Positions 1-8,766 of a DNA stretch of 35,665 nt are shown piece by piece. How positions within the stretch are numbered: the stretch's first letter is position 1; every line of letters starts with the position of its first letter. Location of the stretch: the NCBI GenBank assembly GCA_045122755.1, contig JBGVHY010000091.1:1-35665 (forward strand), in the 5' to 3' direction. The DNA comes from Acutalibacteraceae bacterium (lineage in GTDB: Bacteria > Bacillota > Clostridia > Oscillospirales > Acutalibacteraceae). The notes below the pieces were generated by a model that was not told the origin of the DNA, searched no databases, and worked only from the letters and a program-made list of their open reading frames with translations. The position numbers were made by a program, and so were the translations under genes.

Positions 1-25
1 GAAAATCGCAGAAGAAAGGTGTTTT

Positions 26-1291
26 ATGATATTTGCAGAAATAAAAAACAAAACGGTTGATTTTGCAAAAAAACAATACGAGTTTTTTACAAAAGTATTA
101 TCTAAAAAAACAAAAGATAGAAGAAGCTTTAAAAAGACAGCGGTTATTTCATTAGCAATGGTAGCTGCCGTGTTATTGCCTATATTTCCGTTTTCAACAT
201 TGACTTTGGCTTACGAAGTCAAATATGACAACAACTCTATTGGATATGTATCTAATGAGAGCGAGTATAAAAAAGCTGAGAATATTGTAAGTGATAAGTT
301 GGTCGGAAGTATCGCACAGTCATTTGAGCTTACAGCGATTATTATTCCTTCAAAGTCACTTAATACAGTTAATGAGATTTCAAAAAGTCTTACGGATAAC
401 TTAGCTGAGAATGAGAATATTGTAAACGCTTACGGTATTTATGCAGGTAAAAAATGCATTGCCGCAAGTAATGATAAGTCATTGCTTCTTAATGCTATTG
501 AAAGCTACAAAAGTGAGGTAGAGGCAGAAACTCAGGCTGATATCGTTGTTTTTGATAAAAATGTTCAGGTTAAGGATTGCTTAAGTCTTACTGAAAATCT
601 TACTGGCCTTGATGAAACAGTCGATGTCATTGAGGAAAATGTAGATTGCAAGGTAGGCTATTACAAAACCACTACAAAAACCGTTAAATATAAGGTTGTA
701 AATAAAAAGGACAATACCTTGTACAAAGGTGTTACAAAAGTTAAATCGGGCGGTGTGAACGGTAAGCAGAAGGTGAAAACTGTTACTTTCTATAAAGACG
801 GTAAGAAGCTTTCAACCGAAACTGTTAAAAAAACAACCGTTAAAAAGGCAAAGACAAAGGTTGTGCTTGAGGGCACTAAGAAAAGACCTGAAACCGATAC
901 AAACGGCAAAAAACTTCTATGGCCGGTTGATAAGAGCGCTTCACAGTATGTAAGCAGCGGATTCGGTCAGCGCAGCGGCAGACTTCATAAGGGTATTGAT
1001 ATTATCGCTGATTACGGTACAAATATTCTTGCGGCAGCTGACGGCGTTGTAACACGCGCATCGTGGTTTGACTCTTACGGTTATTGTGTTGATATTAAAC
1101 ACGCTGACGGAACTCTGACCAGATATGCGCATTGCTCAAAAATGCTTGTAAATGTCGGCGATAAAGTGGTTATGGGGCAGACTATCGCAAAGGTAGGCTC
1201 GACAGGTCGTTCAACTGCTAACCATCTTCATTTTGAAGTAAGACCAAACGGCGGCGACCCGGTAAACCCAATGAAATACATTAAAAAATAG
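26..1291 (+). CDS. Membrane-anchored/secreted M23 (LytM-type) metallopeptidase with Lys-rich G5-like linker
   Basis: 421-aa ORF. N-terminal hydrophobic segment AVISLAMVAAVLLPIFPF. The central region KVKSGGVNGKQKVKTVTFYKDGKK looks G5-like. C-terminal M23 signatures are HKGIDI and GSTGRSTANHLHFEV. A strong terminator follows. Confidence 0.85.
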   Translation: MIFAEIKNKTVDFAKKQYEFFTKVLSKKTKDRRSFKKTAVISLAMVAAVLLPIFPFSTLTLAYEVKYDNNSIGYVSNESEYKKAENIVSDKLVGSIAQSFELTAIIIPSKSLNTVNEISKSLTDNLAENENIVNAYGIYAGKKCIAASNDKSLLLNAIESYKSEVEAETQADIVVFDKNVQVKDCLSLTENLTGLDETVDVIEENVDCKVGYYKTTTKTVKYKVVNKKDNTLYKGVTKVKSGGVNGKQKVKTVTFYKDGKKLSTETVKKTTVKKAKTKVVLEGTKKRPETDTNGKKLLWPVDKSASQYVSSGFGQRSGRLHKGIDIIADYGTNILAAADGVVTRASWFDSYGYCVDIKHADGTLTRYAHCSKMLVNVGDKVVMGQTIAKVGSTGRSTANHLHFEVRPNGGDPVNPMKYIKK

Positions 1292-1301
1292 ATTTGAATT
1301 T

Positions 1302-1339
1302 ATGCAACAACTTATTAGTTGTTGCATTTTTCTTTTTTT
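1302..1339 (+). terminator. Intrinsic terminator of the M23 peptidase gene
   Basis: Perfect 11-bp stem, atgcaacaact (1302-1312) with agttgttgcat (1317-1327), loop tatt. A T-rich run ttttcttttttt follows. Confidence 0.85.
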
Positions 1340-1350
1340 CGTGGTAAAAT
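1322..1350 (+). promoter_or_regulatory. Candidate sigma-A promoter (TTGCAT-17-TAAAAT with TGn extended -10)
   Basis: TTGCAT at 1322-1327, a 17-nt spacer, TAAAAT at 1345-1350, and TG at 1342-1343. The -35 lies in the 3' arm of the upstream terminator. Predicted TSS is near 1357. Confidence 0.55.
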
Positions 1351-1354
1351 AATC

Positions 1355-1503
1355 TTGCGACATAGTTTAATATTTTCCAAAATAGGCATCATTTTCAAGA
1401 AATGTATGCTTTGTTTTACATATCCGATTTTGGAATGAACTGTGTCGCAACAAAAAAGCTATACATTTTTTGAGTGCGTGGCTTTTGCTGCGCACTTTTT
1501 TTT
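1355..1503 (+). promoter_or_regulatory. Structured 5' leader with nested stems and an intrinsic terminator (riboswitch/attenuator-like, class unknown)
   Basis: P1 pairs 1355-1365 with 1440-1450 (11 bp, one G-U). P2 pairs 1375-1383 with 1427-1435 (9 bp, perfect). The terminator pairs 1473-1482 with 1487-1496 (10 bp, two G-U, loop tttt) and is followed by T7 at 1497-1503. An alternative pairing of 1442-1459 with 1481-1495 (about 14 bp) excludes both P1 and the terminator. RBS AAGGA at 1510-1514 and the ATG at 1521 follow directly. Confidence 0.5.
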
Positions 1504-1520
1504 ATTTTCAAGGATGTGAA

Positions 1521-1979
1521 ATGATGCCTGATAGAAACGTATATATAATGAATTTAAAAGATACTCGAAAAGAGTCTTTAAATAAAAATTCTTCTAAAAA
1601 GTTTGAAATATGCTATAAAGAAAGGTTTGTGGCAATCGGGTGGGGTACAGAATTTTCAAGAACTGAAGACAATTATAGGCGAGCATTAAAATGCATACAA
1701 GATATGAAAAAAGGAGATATTGTTTGGGTTAGAAATCCCAAAACCAAAGAGAGATATCTTTGCGAGATTTTAGGCAATTTTGAAGATTACGGCGAAAAGT
1801 TTATCGAATATGATATTTCACAGGGAATAAAGTGCAAGTTTTATAAGATAGAGTGTAAAATTGAAGACAAGATAAACCCGAAAAGATTGGTGTCCATTTC
1901 AACAGTGCGTGCAGTTAAACAGGAAGATGTGATAGAATTCACAAAAGAATTATTTGCTAATTCAAAAGAAACTAATTAG
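1521..1979 (+). CDS. Hypothetical small cytoplasmic protein (152 aa) with no family I can name
   Basis: The track ORF at 1470-1979 was trimmed to the ATG at 1521, because 1473-1503 is a terminator hairpin and AAGGA lies 6 nt upstream of 1521. There is no signal peptide. The motifs FVAIGWG and KKGDIVWV recall N-terminal reader-type modules of restriction-associated ATPases, from memory only. The stop is 20 nt before the LRR gene. Confidence 0.6.
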   Translation: MMPDRNVYIMNLKDTRKESLNKNSSKKFEICYKERFVAIGWGTEFSRTEDNYRRALKCIQDMKKGDIVWVRNPKTKERYLCEILGNFEDYGEKFIEYDISQGIKCKFYKIECKIEDKINPKRLVSISTVRAVKQEDVIEFTKELFANSKETN

Positions 1980-1999
1980 TTTATAAGGAGATATAAAAA

Positions 2000-4900
2000 A
2001 TGAAAAAAGTATTGTCTATTTTATTATCATTATTTATGGTAGTATCTATCGTTCCTATTGCTAACATCACCGTTAGCGCTGCCACAAGCGGATATTATAC
2101 ATATACCATATCAAACAGTGAAGCAACAATTACTGATTGCAGCACCTCAATCAGCGGCAATATCACAATCCCATCGTTCCTTGGTGGTTATTCTGTAACA
2201 AGTATTGGTAATAGGGCATTTTATTATTGCACATCATTAACAAGCATAATAATCCCAGATAGTGTAACAAGTATTGGTAATAGTGCATTTTATGATTGCA
2301 CATCATTGATGAGCATAACAATCACTGATAGTGTAACAAGCATTGGTGATTATGCATTTTCTAGTTGCGACTCATTAACAAGCATAACAATCCCGGATAG
2401 TGTAACAAGTATTGGTAGTTATGCATTTTATAATTGTACATCATTAACAAGCATAAATGTATCAGATAACAACACTTCGTATTGTGATATAGACGGAGTT
2501 TTATTTAATAAAGATAAAACTGAACTTGTAACATATCCCGCGGACAAAACTCAAACAATATATACAATCCCTGACAGTGTAACAAGTATTGGTGATGGTG
2601 CATTTGATTATTGCAAATCATTAACAAGCATATATGTATCAGATAACAACACTTCGTATTGTGATATAGACGGAGTTTTATTTAATAAAGATAAAACTGA
2701 ACTTGTAACATATCCCGCGGGCAAAACTCAAACAATATATACAATCCCAGATAGTGTAACAAGTATTGGTAATGATGCATTTTCTAGTTGCGACTCATTA
2801 ACAAGCGTGAGCATAGGAGATAGTGTAACAAGTATTGGTGATTGGGCATTTTATTATTGCAAATCATTAACAAGCATAACAATCCCGGATAGTGTAACAA
2901 GTATTGCTGATGGGGCATTTTATTGTTGCACATCATTAACAAGCATAACAATCCCGGATAGTGTAACAAGTATTGGTAATGGGGCATTTGAAGATTGCGA
3001 ATCATTAACAAGCGTGAGCATAGGAGATAGTGTAACAAGTATTGGTGATTGGGCATTTTATTTTTGCAAATCATTAACAAGCATAACAATCCCTGACAGT
3101 GTAACAAGTATTGGTGAAGAGGCATTTTATTATTGCGAATCATTAACAAGCGTGAGCATAGGAGATAGTGTAACAAGTATTGGTTATAGTGCATTTTCTT
3201 ATTGCAAATCATTAACAAGCGTGAGCATAGGAGATAGTGTAACAAGTATTGGTGATTATGCATTTTCTTATTGCTATTCATTAACAAGCATAACAATCCC
3301 GGATAGTGTAACAAGTATTGGTTATAGTGCATTTGAAGATTGCGCCAATGCAATTTTTTATTGTGCTTGTAATAATAGTTACGCAGAGAATTATTTAAAA
3401 GACGAAGGAAAAAACTATATAATTTCTCATAACTATTCAAATTTAAAATACAACACAACGGGACACTGGCATAAATGTTCTGATTGTGATTCTACAACAA
3501 CAGTAGAATCACACAGTGGCGGTACTGCAACTTGCACAAGCAAAGCAGTTTGTTCAACTTGTAAGCAAAGTTATGGTAGCGCGTTAGGTCATAACTACAA
3601 AGAAAAAGTACTAATTCCGTCCTCGTGCGAAGTAGTCGGAAAAAAACAATTCACTTGTTCAAAATGCAACGATACCTATGAAGAAGAAATTTCTGCTTTA
3701 GGTCACGACCGAGTTGTAGTTGAGCAAGCACCATCTACAATTTTGAGCGATGGTTATGAAGTTATTGAATGCCAAAATGACGGTTGCAATTATAGTGATA
3801 TTATTTATTATGACAGATTGACACTTGAATACAACAAAACTTATTACGAAAACGGAACAGACTATTACAAAATCGTTTTGGATAAATCAGGATTTTTAGT
3901 TTTCGATTTTGTTGGCGATAGCGAAAAATGGGCGATTAATATATATGATGAAGACGGTAAGAAAGTAGATACTTTAAAACCTGTGTATAAGTCATTTTTC
4001 AAAAAATCATATCTTCAAGCAGGTGTCAGTTCTTCTGTACCAAATGAAAATCAGATAACCGCTTTGTATGCAGGTGCTTATTACGTTGAAATCGAAAGAC
4101 AAGATGAAAATTATAATTTCACAGGCGATTATCAATTCTCAATAGGTTATTTTCCGTCAAGCGAAACTTTAGTTGAAACAAAGTATAATTTTTATTACGA
4201 TGCTCCAACTGCAAGAGAAATAACCCTTAATTCTACTTACAACGGATTTTTGGGCAGTAAATTTGCGGCTTATAATTATAGCGGTACTGAAATAGTTACA
4301 ACCGATTCAACCGACGCGTATATCATTGAAATTCCAAAGGGAAGCGGTTGGGCGCAATTAAGTATAACGTTATCTGCTAAATCGTTCCCTCCACTTAATT
4401 CAAGTTGCACTATTAGTATTTACAATGCCGACTTTGATTTGTGCGAAGATTTTACACCTATGACAGTTTCGTCGGACTCAACAAAGAATCAAATAACGTA
4501 TTTATACGAGGGTATTTATTATATTGCCGTTGACTCTAATCAGTCTATCGAATATAGTTTTAAAACGGAATACAAATCTACAGGAACTTTTGTATGCGTA
4601 ACTCATAAAGGAAAGTTGATTGAAACAAAAAATCCAACTTGCACAATCGACGGTTATCAACTTTATGATTGTAATATTTGTCAGACTAAATATAAGGTTG
4701 TAATTCCGGCTCAAGGGCATATTAATGTAATTGATTACGCAAAGCCTGCAACCTATTTGACTTCCGGTTTGACTCAAGGCGCACATTGTTCAGTTTGCGG
4801 TCAAGTTTTAGTTGCTCAAAAAGTAATTCCAAAACTTGTTAAAGTGACTGTTAAAACACCTACCGTTAAATACACAGGTGGTAAGAAAAAGATTACAATT

Positions 4901-5122
4901 AAACACACAAAAGTCACAGGTACTACAAGTTTTGAAGTTCAATACAAAAAAGGCAACGGAAAGTGGCAAAAAGCAACTTACGTTCTAAAGAAAAACGGTT
5001 CAAAGGTAATTAAAAAACTCAAAAAAGGTAATTACAAAATCCGCGTAAGAGCGTTTGTAAAACAAAACGGCAAAACCGTATATTCTAATTGGACAAAACT
5101 TAAAAAAGTTAAAGTAAAATAA
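2000..5122 (+). CDS. Large secreted BspA-type leucine-rich-repeat surface protein with Cys/His-rich modules, two PPC-like beta-sandwich domains and a C-terminal Fn3-like domain
   Basis: 1040-aa ORF with SD AAGGAG at 1985-1990. Signal peptide [27 protein letters not shown]. About 17 repeats of roughly 23 aa, consensus [23 protein letters not shown]. Cys-rich GH..C..C modules are present. PPC-like segments include [25 protein letters not shown] and [26 protein letters not shown]. The C-terminus is Lys-rich and Fn3-like. Confidence 0.85.
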   Translation: MKKVLSILLSLFMVVSIVPIANITVSAATSGYYTYTISNSEATITDCSTSISGNITIPSFLGGYSVTSIGNRAFYYCTSLTSIIIPDSVTSIGNSAFYDCTSLMSITITDSVTSIGDYAFSSCDSLTSITIPDSVTSIGSYAFYNCTSLTSINVSDNNTSYCDIDGVLFNKDKTELVTYPADKTQTIYTIPDSVTSIGDGAFDYCKSLTSIYVSDNNTSYCDIDGVLFNKDKTELVTYPAGKTQTIYTIPDSVTSIGNDAFSSCDSLTSVSIGDSVTSIGDWAFYYCKSLTSITIPDSVTSIADGAFYCCTSLTSITIPDSVTSIGNGAFEDCESLTSVSIGDSVTSIGDWAFYFCKSLTSITIPDSVTSIGEEAFYYCESLTSVSIGDSVTSIGYSAFSYCKSLTSVSIGDSVTSIGDYAFSYCYSLTSITIPDSVTSIGYSAFEDCANAIFYCACNNSYAENYLKDEGKNYIISHNYSNLKYNTTGHWHKCSDCDSTTTVESHSGGTATCTSKAVCSTCKQSYGSALGHNYKEKVLIPSSCEVVGKKQFTCSKCNDTYEEEISALGHDRVVVEQAPSTILSDGYEVIECQNDGCNYSDIIYYDRLTLEYNKTYYENGTDYYKIVLDKSGFLVFDFVGDSEKWAINIYDEDGKKVDTLKPVYKSFFKKSYLQAGVSSSVPNENQITALYAGAYYVEIERQDENYNFTGDYQFSIGYFPSSETLVETKYNFYYDAPTAREITLNSTYNGFLGSKFAAYNYSGTEIVTTDSTDAYIIEIPKGSGWAQLSITLSAKSFPPLNSSCTISIYNADFDLCEDFTPMTVSSDSTKNQITYLYEGIYYIAVDSNQSIEYSFKTEYKSTGTFVCVTHKGKLIETKNPTCTIDGYQLYDCNICQTKYKVVIPAQGHINVIDYAKPATYLTSGLTQGAHCSVCGQVLVAQKVIPKLVKVTVKTPTVKYTGGKKKITIKHTKVTGTTSFEVQYKKGNGKWQKATYVLKKNGSKVIKKLKKGNYKIRVRAFVKQNGKTVYSNWTKLKKVKVK
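2192..3344 (+). repeat. In-frame tandem 69-bp (23-aa) LRR-coding repeats, including a near-identical 177-bp tandem duplication (about 2459-2635 and 2636-2812)
   Basis: Recurring strings gatagtgtaacaagtattggt and tcattaacaagcataacaatccc. The stretch gtatcagataacaacacttcgtattgtgatatagacggagttttatttaataaagataaaactgaacttgtaacatatcccgcgg occurs at 2459 and again at 2636, an offset of 177 bp. Confidence 0.9.
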
Positions 5123-5128
5123 TTTTTA

Positions 5129-5161
5129 GGGGCGAGAGGACACCTCCCGCCCTTTGTTTTT
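5129..5161 (+). terminator. Intrinsic terminator of the LRR protein gene
   Basis: GC-rich stem gggcgagagg / cctcccgccc with one mismatch and loop aca, followed by tttgttttt. Confidence 0.8.
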
Positions 5162-5252
5162 CTAAAATCGCTACGAATACGGCGAGGCTTTCGGGTATAT
5201 CTTATTAAATATAACGGTATACAAATTAGATATTTTACATATCTAAAAAAGT

Positions 5253-5270
5253 TTGTTAAAATATTAACAG
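5253..5270 (+). promoter_or_regulatory. Candidate Rex operator (TTGTTAA-AATA-TTAACAG) upstream of adhE
   Basis: 18-bp near-palindrome that matches the Clostridial Rex consensus TTGTTAAnnnnTTAACAA at 17 of 18 positions. It lies 68 nt upstream of the adhE ATG. adhE is a classical Rex target. Confidence 0.6.
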
Positions 5271-5337
5271 ACTTGAAAATGAGTCAGAATATCAACCAGT
5301 TAATGCTTAAAAATTATTTATAAAAGGAGAAACAAAA

Positions 5338-7959
5338 ATGCAAACACAGAAGACTTATGAAATTGTTGACAGTGTTGAAACACTTGAAGCAGCCCTCCAG
5401 AGAGTAAGAGAGGCACAGAAGAAATTTGCTACTTACACTCAGGAACAGGTTGACGAGATTTTCAAAGCTGCAGCAATCGCGGCAAACGGCCAGAGAATTC
5501 CTCTTGCAAAAATGGCTGTTGAAGAAACAGGCATGGGTATCGTAGAGGATAAGGTTATTAAAAACCACTATGCTGCTGAGTACATCTACAACGCTTATAA
5601 AAACACAAAAACTTGTGGTGTTATCGAAGAAGATAAGGCTTACGGCACAACAAAAATCGCTGAGCCTATCGGTGTAGTTGGTGCAGTTATTCCTACAACC
5701 AACCCTACTTCAACTGCAATCTTCAAAACACTTATTTCTCTTAAAACAAGAAACGGTATCATTATCAGCCCTCACCCAAGAGCAAAAAATTCAACTATCG
5801 CTGCTGCTAAAGTTGTTCTTGAAGCTGCTGTTAAAGCAGGTGCTCCTGAAGGCATCATTGACTGGATTGACGTTCCGTCACTTGATATGACAAACCTTCT
5901 TATGAAAGAGTCTGATATTATCCTCGCTACAGGCGGTCCTGGTATGGTTAAGGCTGCTTACTCAAGCGGTACTCCGGCGCTCGGCGTTGGTGCAGGTAAC
6001 ACTCCTGCAATCATTGATGAGTCTGCTGATACAGTTCTTGCAGTTAACTCAATTATTCATTCAAAAACATTCGATAATGGTATGATTTGTGCTTCTGAGC
6101 AGTCAGTTATCGTTCTTGATAAAGTTTACAAGAAAGTTAAAGATGAGTTCAAAGCAAGAGGTTGTTACTTCCTTAATGCTGATGAAACAGAAAAGGTAAG
6201 AAAAACAATTATCATCAACGGTGCACTTAATGCTAAAATCGTTGGTCAGAAGGCTCACACAATTGCAGCTCTCGCCGGCGTTGAAGTCCCTGAAGCTACA
6301 AAAATTCTTATCGGTGAAGTTGAATCAGTTGATATTGCTGAAGAATTCGCTCATGAGAAGCTTTCTCCTGTACTTGCTATGTACAAAGCAAAATCATTCG
6401 GTGAGGCACTTGACAAGGCTGAACAGCTCGTTGCTGACGGCGGTTACGGTCATACATCTTCACTCTATGTTAACGAAGTAACAGAAAGAGAAAAAATCGC
6501 TGAGTTCGGCGCAAGAATGAAAACTTGCCGAATTTTAGTTAACACACCTTCTTCACAGGGCGGTATCGGTGACCTTTACAACTTCAAACTTGCTCCGTCA
6601 CTTACACTCGGCTGCGGTTCTTGGGGTGGTAACTCGGTATCTGAAAACGTTGGTGTTAAACACCTTATCAATATTAAAACTGTTGCTGAAAGAAGGGAAA
6701 ATATGCTTTGGTTCAGAGCACCTGAAAAGGTTTATATGAAAAAAGGTTGCTTGCCTGTAGCTCTTGATGAGCTTAAGAATGTTATGGGTAAACAGAGAGC
6801 GTTCATCGTTACTGACAGCTTCCTTTACAATAACGGCTATACAAAAGCTATCACAGATAAGCTTGACGAAATGGGCATCGTACATACTACATTCTTTGAT
6901 GTTGCTCCGGACCCGACACTCGGTTGTGCTACAGAAGGTGCTGCTCAGATGAGAGCATTCCAGCCTGACTGCATTATCGCTCTCGGCGGCGGTTCGGCTA
7001 TGGACGCTGCTAAGATTATGTGGGTAATGTATGAGCATCCTGAAGCAGACTTTATGGATATGGCTATGCGTTTCGTTGATATTCGTAAACGTGTTTACAC
7101 ATTCCCTAAAATGGGCGAAAAAGCTTACTTTATCGCTATTCCTACATCAGCAGGTACAGGTTCAGAGGTTACTCCTTTCGCAGTTATCACTGATGAGAAA
7201 ACAGGTGTTAAATATCCTCTCGCTGACTACGAGCTTATGCCAAATATGGCTATTATTGATGCTGACTTCCATATGTCAGCTCCAAAAGGACTTACTGCGG
7301 CATCAGGTATCGACGCTGTAACTCATGCTCTTGAAGCATACGCTGCAATGCTCGCTACTGACTACACAGACGGTCTTGCTTTACAGTCACTCAAAATTAT
7401 CTTTGAATATCTCCCAAGAGCTTACGACAACGGTCAGAATGACCCAGAGGCAAGAGAGAAAATGGCTAACGCTGCTACTATGGCAGGTATGGCATTTGCA
7501 AACGCATTCTTAGGCGTTTGTCACTCAATGGCTCATAAACTGGGTGCTTTCTATCACTTACCACACGGTGTTGCTAACGCACTTATGATTGACCACGTTC
7601 TTCGTTTCAACGCTGTTGAAGTTCCAAGCAAAATGGGTACATTCTCGCAGTATGACCATCCTCATACATTAGCTAGATATGCTGAAGTAGCTGATTACCT
7701 CGGTATCAAAGGCAAGACAAATGAGGACAAACTCGAAAATCTTATCAAAGCTATTGATGAGCTTAAAGAAAAAGTTGGTATCAAAGCTACAATCAAGGAT
7801 TACGGCGTAGATGAAGCTGAATTCTTAGAGAAGCTTGATGAAATGACAGAGCAGGCATTTGACGACCAGTGTACAGGTGCTAACCCAAGATATCCGCTTA
7901 TGAGCGAAATCAAGCAGATGTACTTAAATGCTTACTACGGCAACAACGAAACAGTTTGA
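5338..7959 (+). CDS. adhE: Bifunctional acetaldehyde-CoA/alcohol dehydrogenase
   Basis: 873-aa ORF with SD AAGGAG upstream. The N-terminal half is an aldehyde dehydrogenase (ICASEQS catalytic Cys region). The C-terminal half is an iron-type ADH (GGGSAMDAAK, HSMAHKLG..HLPHG). Length and architecture are typical of AdhE. Confidence 0.97.
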   Translation: MQTQKTYEIVDSVETLEAALQRVREAQKKFATYTQEQVDEIFKAAAIAANGQRIPLAKMAVEETGMGIVEDKVIKNHYAAEYIYNAYKNTKTCGVIEEDKAYGTTKIAEPIGVVGAVIPTTNPTSTAIFKTLISLKTRNGIIISPHPRAKNSTIAAAKVVLEAAVKAGAPEGIIDWIDVPSLDMTNLLMKESDIILATGGPGMVKAAYSSGTPALGVGAGNTPAIIDESADTVLAVNSIIHSKTFDNGMICASEQSVIVLDKVYKKVKDEFKARGCYFLNADETEKVRKTIIINGALNAKIVGQKAHTIAALAGVEVPEATKILIGEVESVDIAEEFAHEKLSPVLAMYKAKSFGEALDKAEQLVADGGYGHTSSLYVNEVTEREKIAEFGARMKTCRILVNTPSSQGGIGDLYNFKLAPSLTLGCGSWGGNSVSENVGVKHLINIKTVAERRENMLWFRAPEKVYMKKGCLPVALDELKNVMGKQRAFIVTDSFLYNNGYTKAITDKLDEMGIVHTTFFDVAPDPTLGCATEGAAQMRAFQPDCIIALGGGSAMDAAKIMWVMYEHPEADFMDMAMRFVDIRKRVYTFPKMGEKAYFIAIPTSAGTGSEVTPFAVITDEKTGVKYPLADYELMPNMAIIDADFHMSAPKGLTAASGIDAVTHALEAYAAMLATDYTDGLALQSLKIIFEYLPRAYDNGQNDPEAREKMANAATMAGMAFANAFLGVCHSMAHKLGAFYHLPHGVANALMIDHVLRFNAVEVPSKMGTFSQYDHPHTLARYAEVADYLGIKGKTNEDKLENLIKAIDELKEKVGIKATIKDYGVDEAEFLEKLDEMTEQAFDDQCTGANPRYPLMSEIKQMYLNAYYGNNETV

Positions 7960-7973
7960 TTGGAGGTATTATA

Positions 7974-8723
7974 ATGAATTTAGACAGAGTAATTGCAGTT
8001 CGCACAGATAAAACAGTTTATCGTGACGGCGACAAGGCTATTAAGGTTTTCAATGAGGATTTTTCAAAGGCTGATATCCTTAACGAGGCTCTTAATCAGG
8101 CAAGAATTGAGGAAACTGAGCTTAATATTCCAAAAATCTCAGAGGTTACAACAATCGACGGCAAATGGGCAATCGTTTATGACTTTATTAAAGGCAAAAC
8201 CTTGGCTCAGCTTATGGAAGAAAATCCTGAGAAGAAAGACGAGTATCTTGAATTGTTCGTTGATTTACAGATGACAGTTCACGCTCAGAAATGTCCGCTT
8301 CTTAACAAGCTTAAAGATAAAATGACAAGAAAAATCAGCGAGGCTGATTTGGATGCAACAACCCGTTATGAGCTTCATACCCGTCTTGAGGGTATGCCAA
8401 AGCATAACAAGGTTTGCCACGGTGACTTCAACCCTTCAAATATCATCATTGATGATAACGGCACAGCATTTATCCTTGACTGGTCACACGCAACTCAGGG
8501 TAACGCATCTGCTGACGTAGCAAGAACATATCTTCTCTTCTATCTCGCAGGCGATATCGATGGTGCTAACAAGTATCTCAACCTCTTCTGCAAGAAGAGC
8601 GATACTGCTAAGCAGTACATTCAGAAATGGCTTCCTATCGTTGCCGCTTCACAGTCAGTAAAAGGTAATCCGAAGGAAAGAGAATTCTTACTTTCATGGG
8701 TTAACGTAGTAGACTACGAATAA
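7974..8723 (+). CDS. APH/choline-kinase-fold phosphotransferase (putative protein kinase of the hydS cluster)
   Basis: Trimmed to the ATG at 7974, with GGAGG at 7961-7965. Kinase catalytic-loop motif HGDFNPSNIII followed by ILDWSHA. It starts 15 nt after the adhE stop. Confidence 0.75.
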   Translation: MNLDRVIAVRTDKTVYRDGDKAIKVFNEDFSKADILNEALNQARIEETELNIPKISEVTTIDGKWAIVYDFIKGKTLAQLMEENPEKKDEYLELFVDLQMTVHAQKCPLLNKLKDKMTRKISEADLDATTRYELHTRLEGMPKHNKVCHGDFNPSNIIIDDNGTAFILDWSHATQGNASADVARTYLLFYLAGDIDGANKYLNLFCKKSDTAKQYIQKWLPIVAASQSVKGNPKEREFLLSWVNVVDYE

Positions 8724-8732
8724 GAACTTGAA

Positions 8733-8766
8733 TTGAGGATAGCGTGAAATTTCACGCTATCCTCAA
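8733..8766. promoter_or_regulatory. Perfect 34-bp palindrome between the kinase gene and the first ferredoxin gene
   Basis: ttgaggatagcgtgaaa|tttcacgctatcctcaa has 17-nt arms that are perfectly complementary. No T-run follows on either strand, so it is not a canonical intrinsic terminator. Confidence 0.6.

Noticed and set aside
1470-1520. N-terminal extension (MSAWLLLRTFFYFQGCE) of the 169-aa track ORF
   Set aside because: The extension starts at a non-ATG codon and is encoded by the terminator hairpin and its T-run (1473-1503). An AAGGA SD precedes the ATG at 1521.
2192-3344. Regular direct repeats that could be mistaken for a CRISPR array
   Set aside because: The units are contiguous with no unique spacers. 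They are 69 bp, in-frame and translate to a coherent LRR consensus inside a long ORF. No cas genes are present.
2784-3458. 224-aa minus-strand ORF with a periodic sequence ([13 protein letters not shown]...)
   Set aside because: It lies entirely antisense to the LRR repeat array. Its periodicity simply mirrors the 69-bp coding repeats on the plus strand. It has no SD or promoter, and the plus-strand ORF has clear protein features.
5314-7513. Multiple 60-146-aa ORFs inside or antisense to adhE (for example 5314-5568 minus, 6598-7038 minus, 7031-7321 plus)
   Set aside because: All are nested in the high-confidence adhE frame. They have low-complexity Leu/Ser-rich translations typical of off-frame reading and lack SD sequences.
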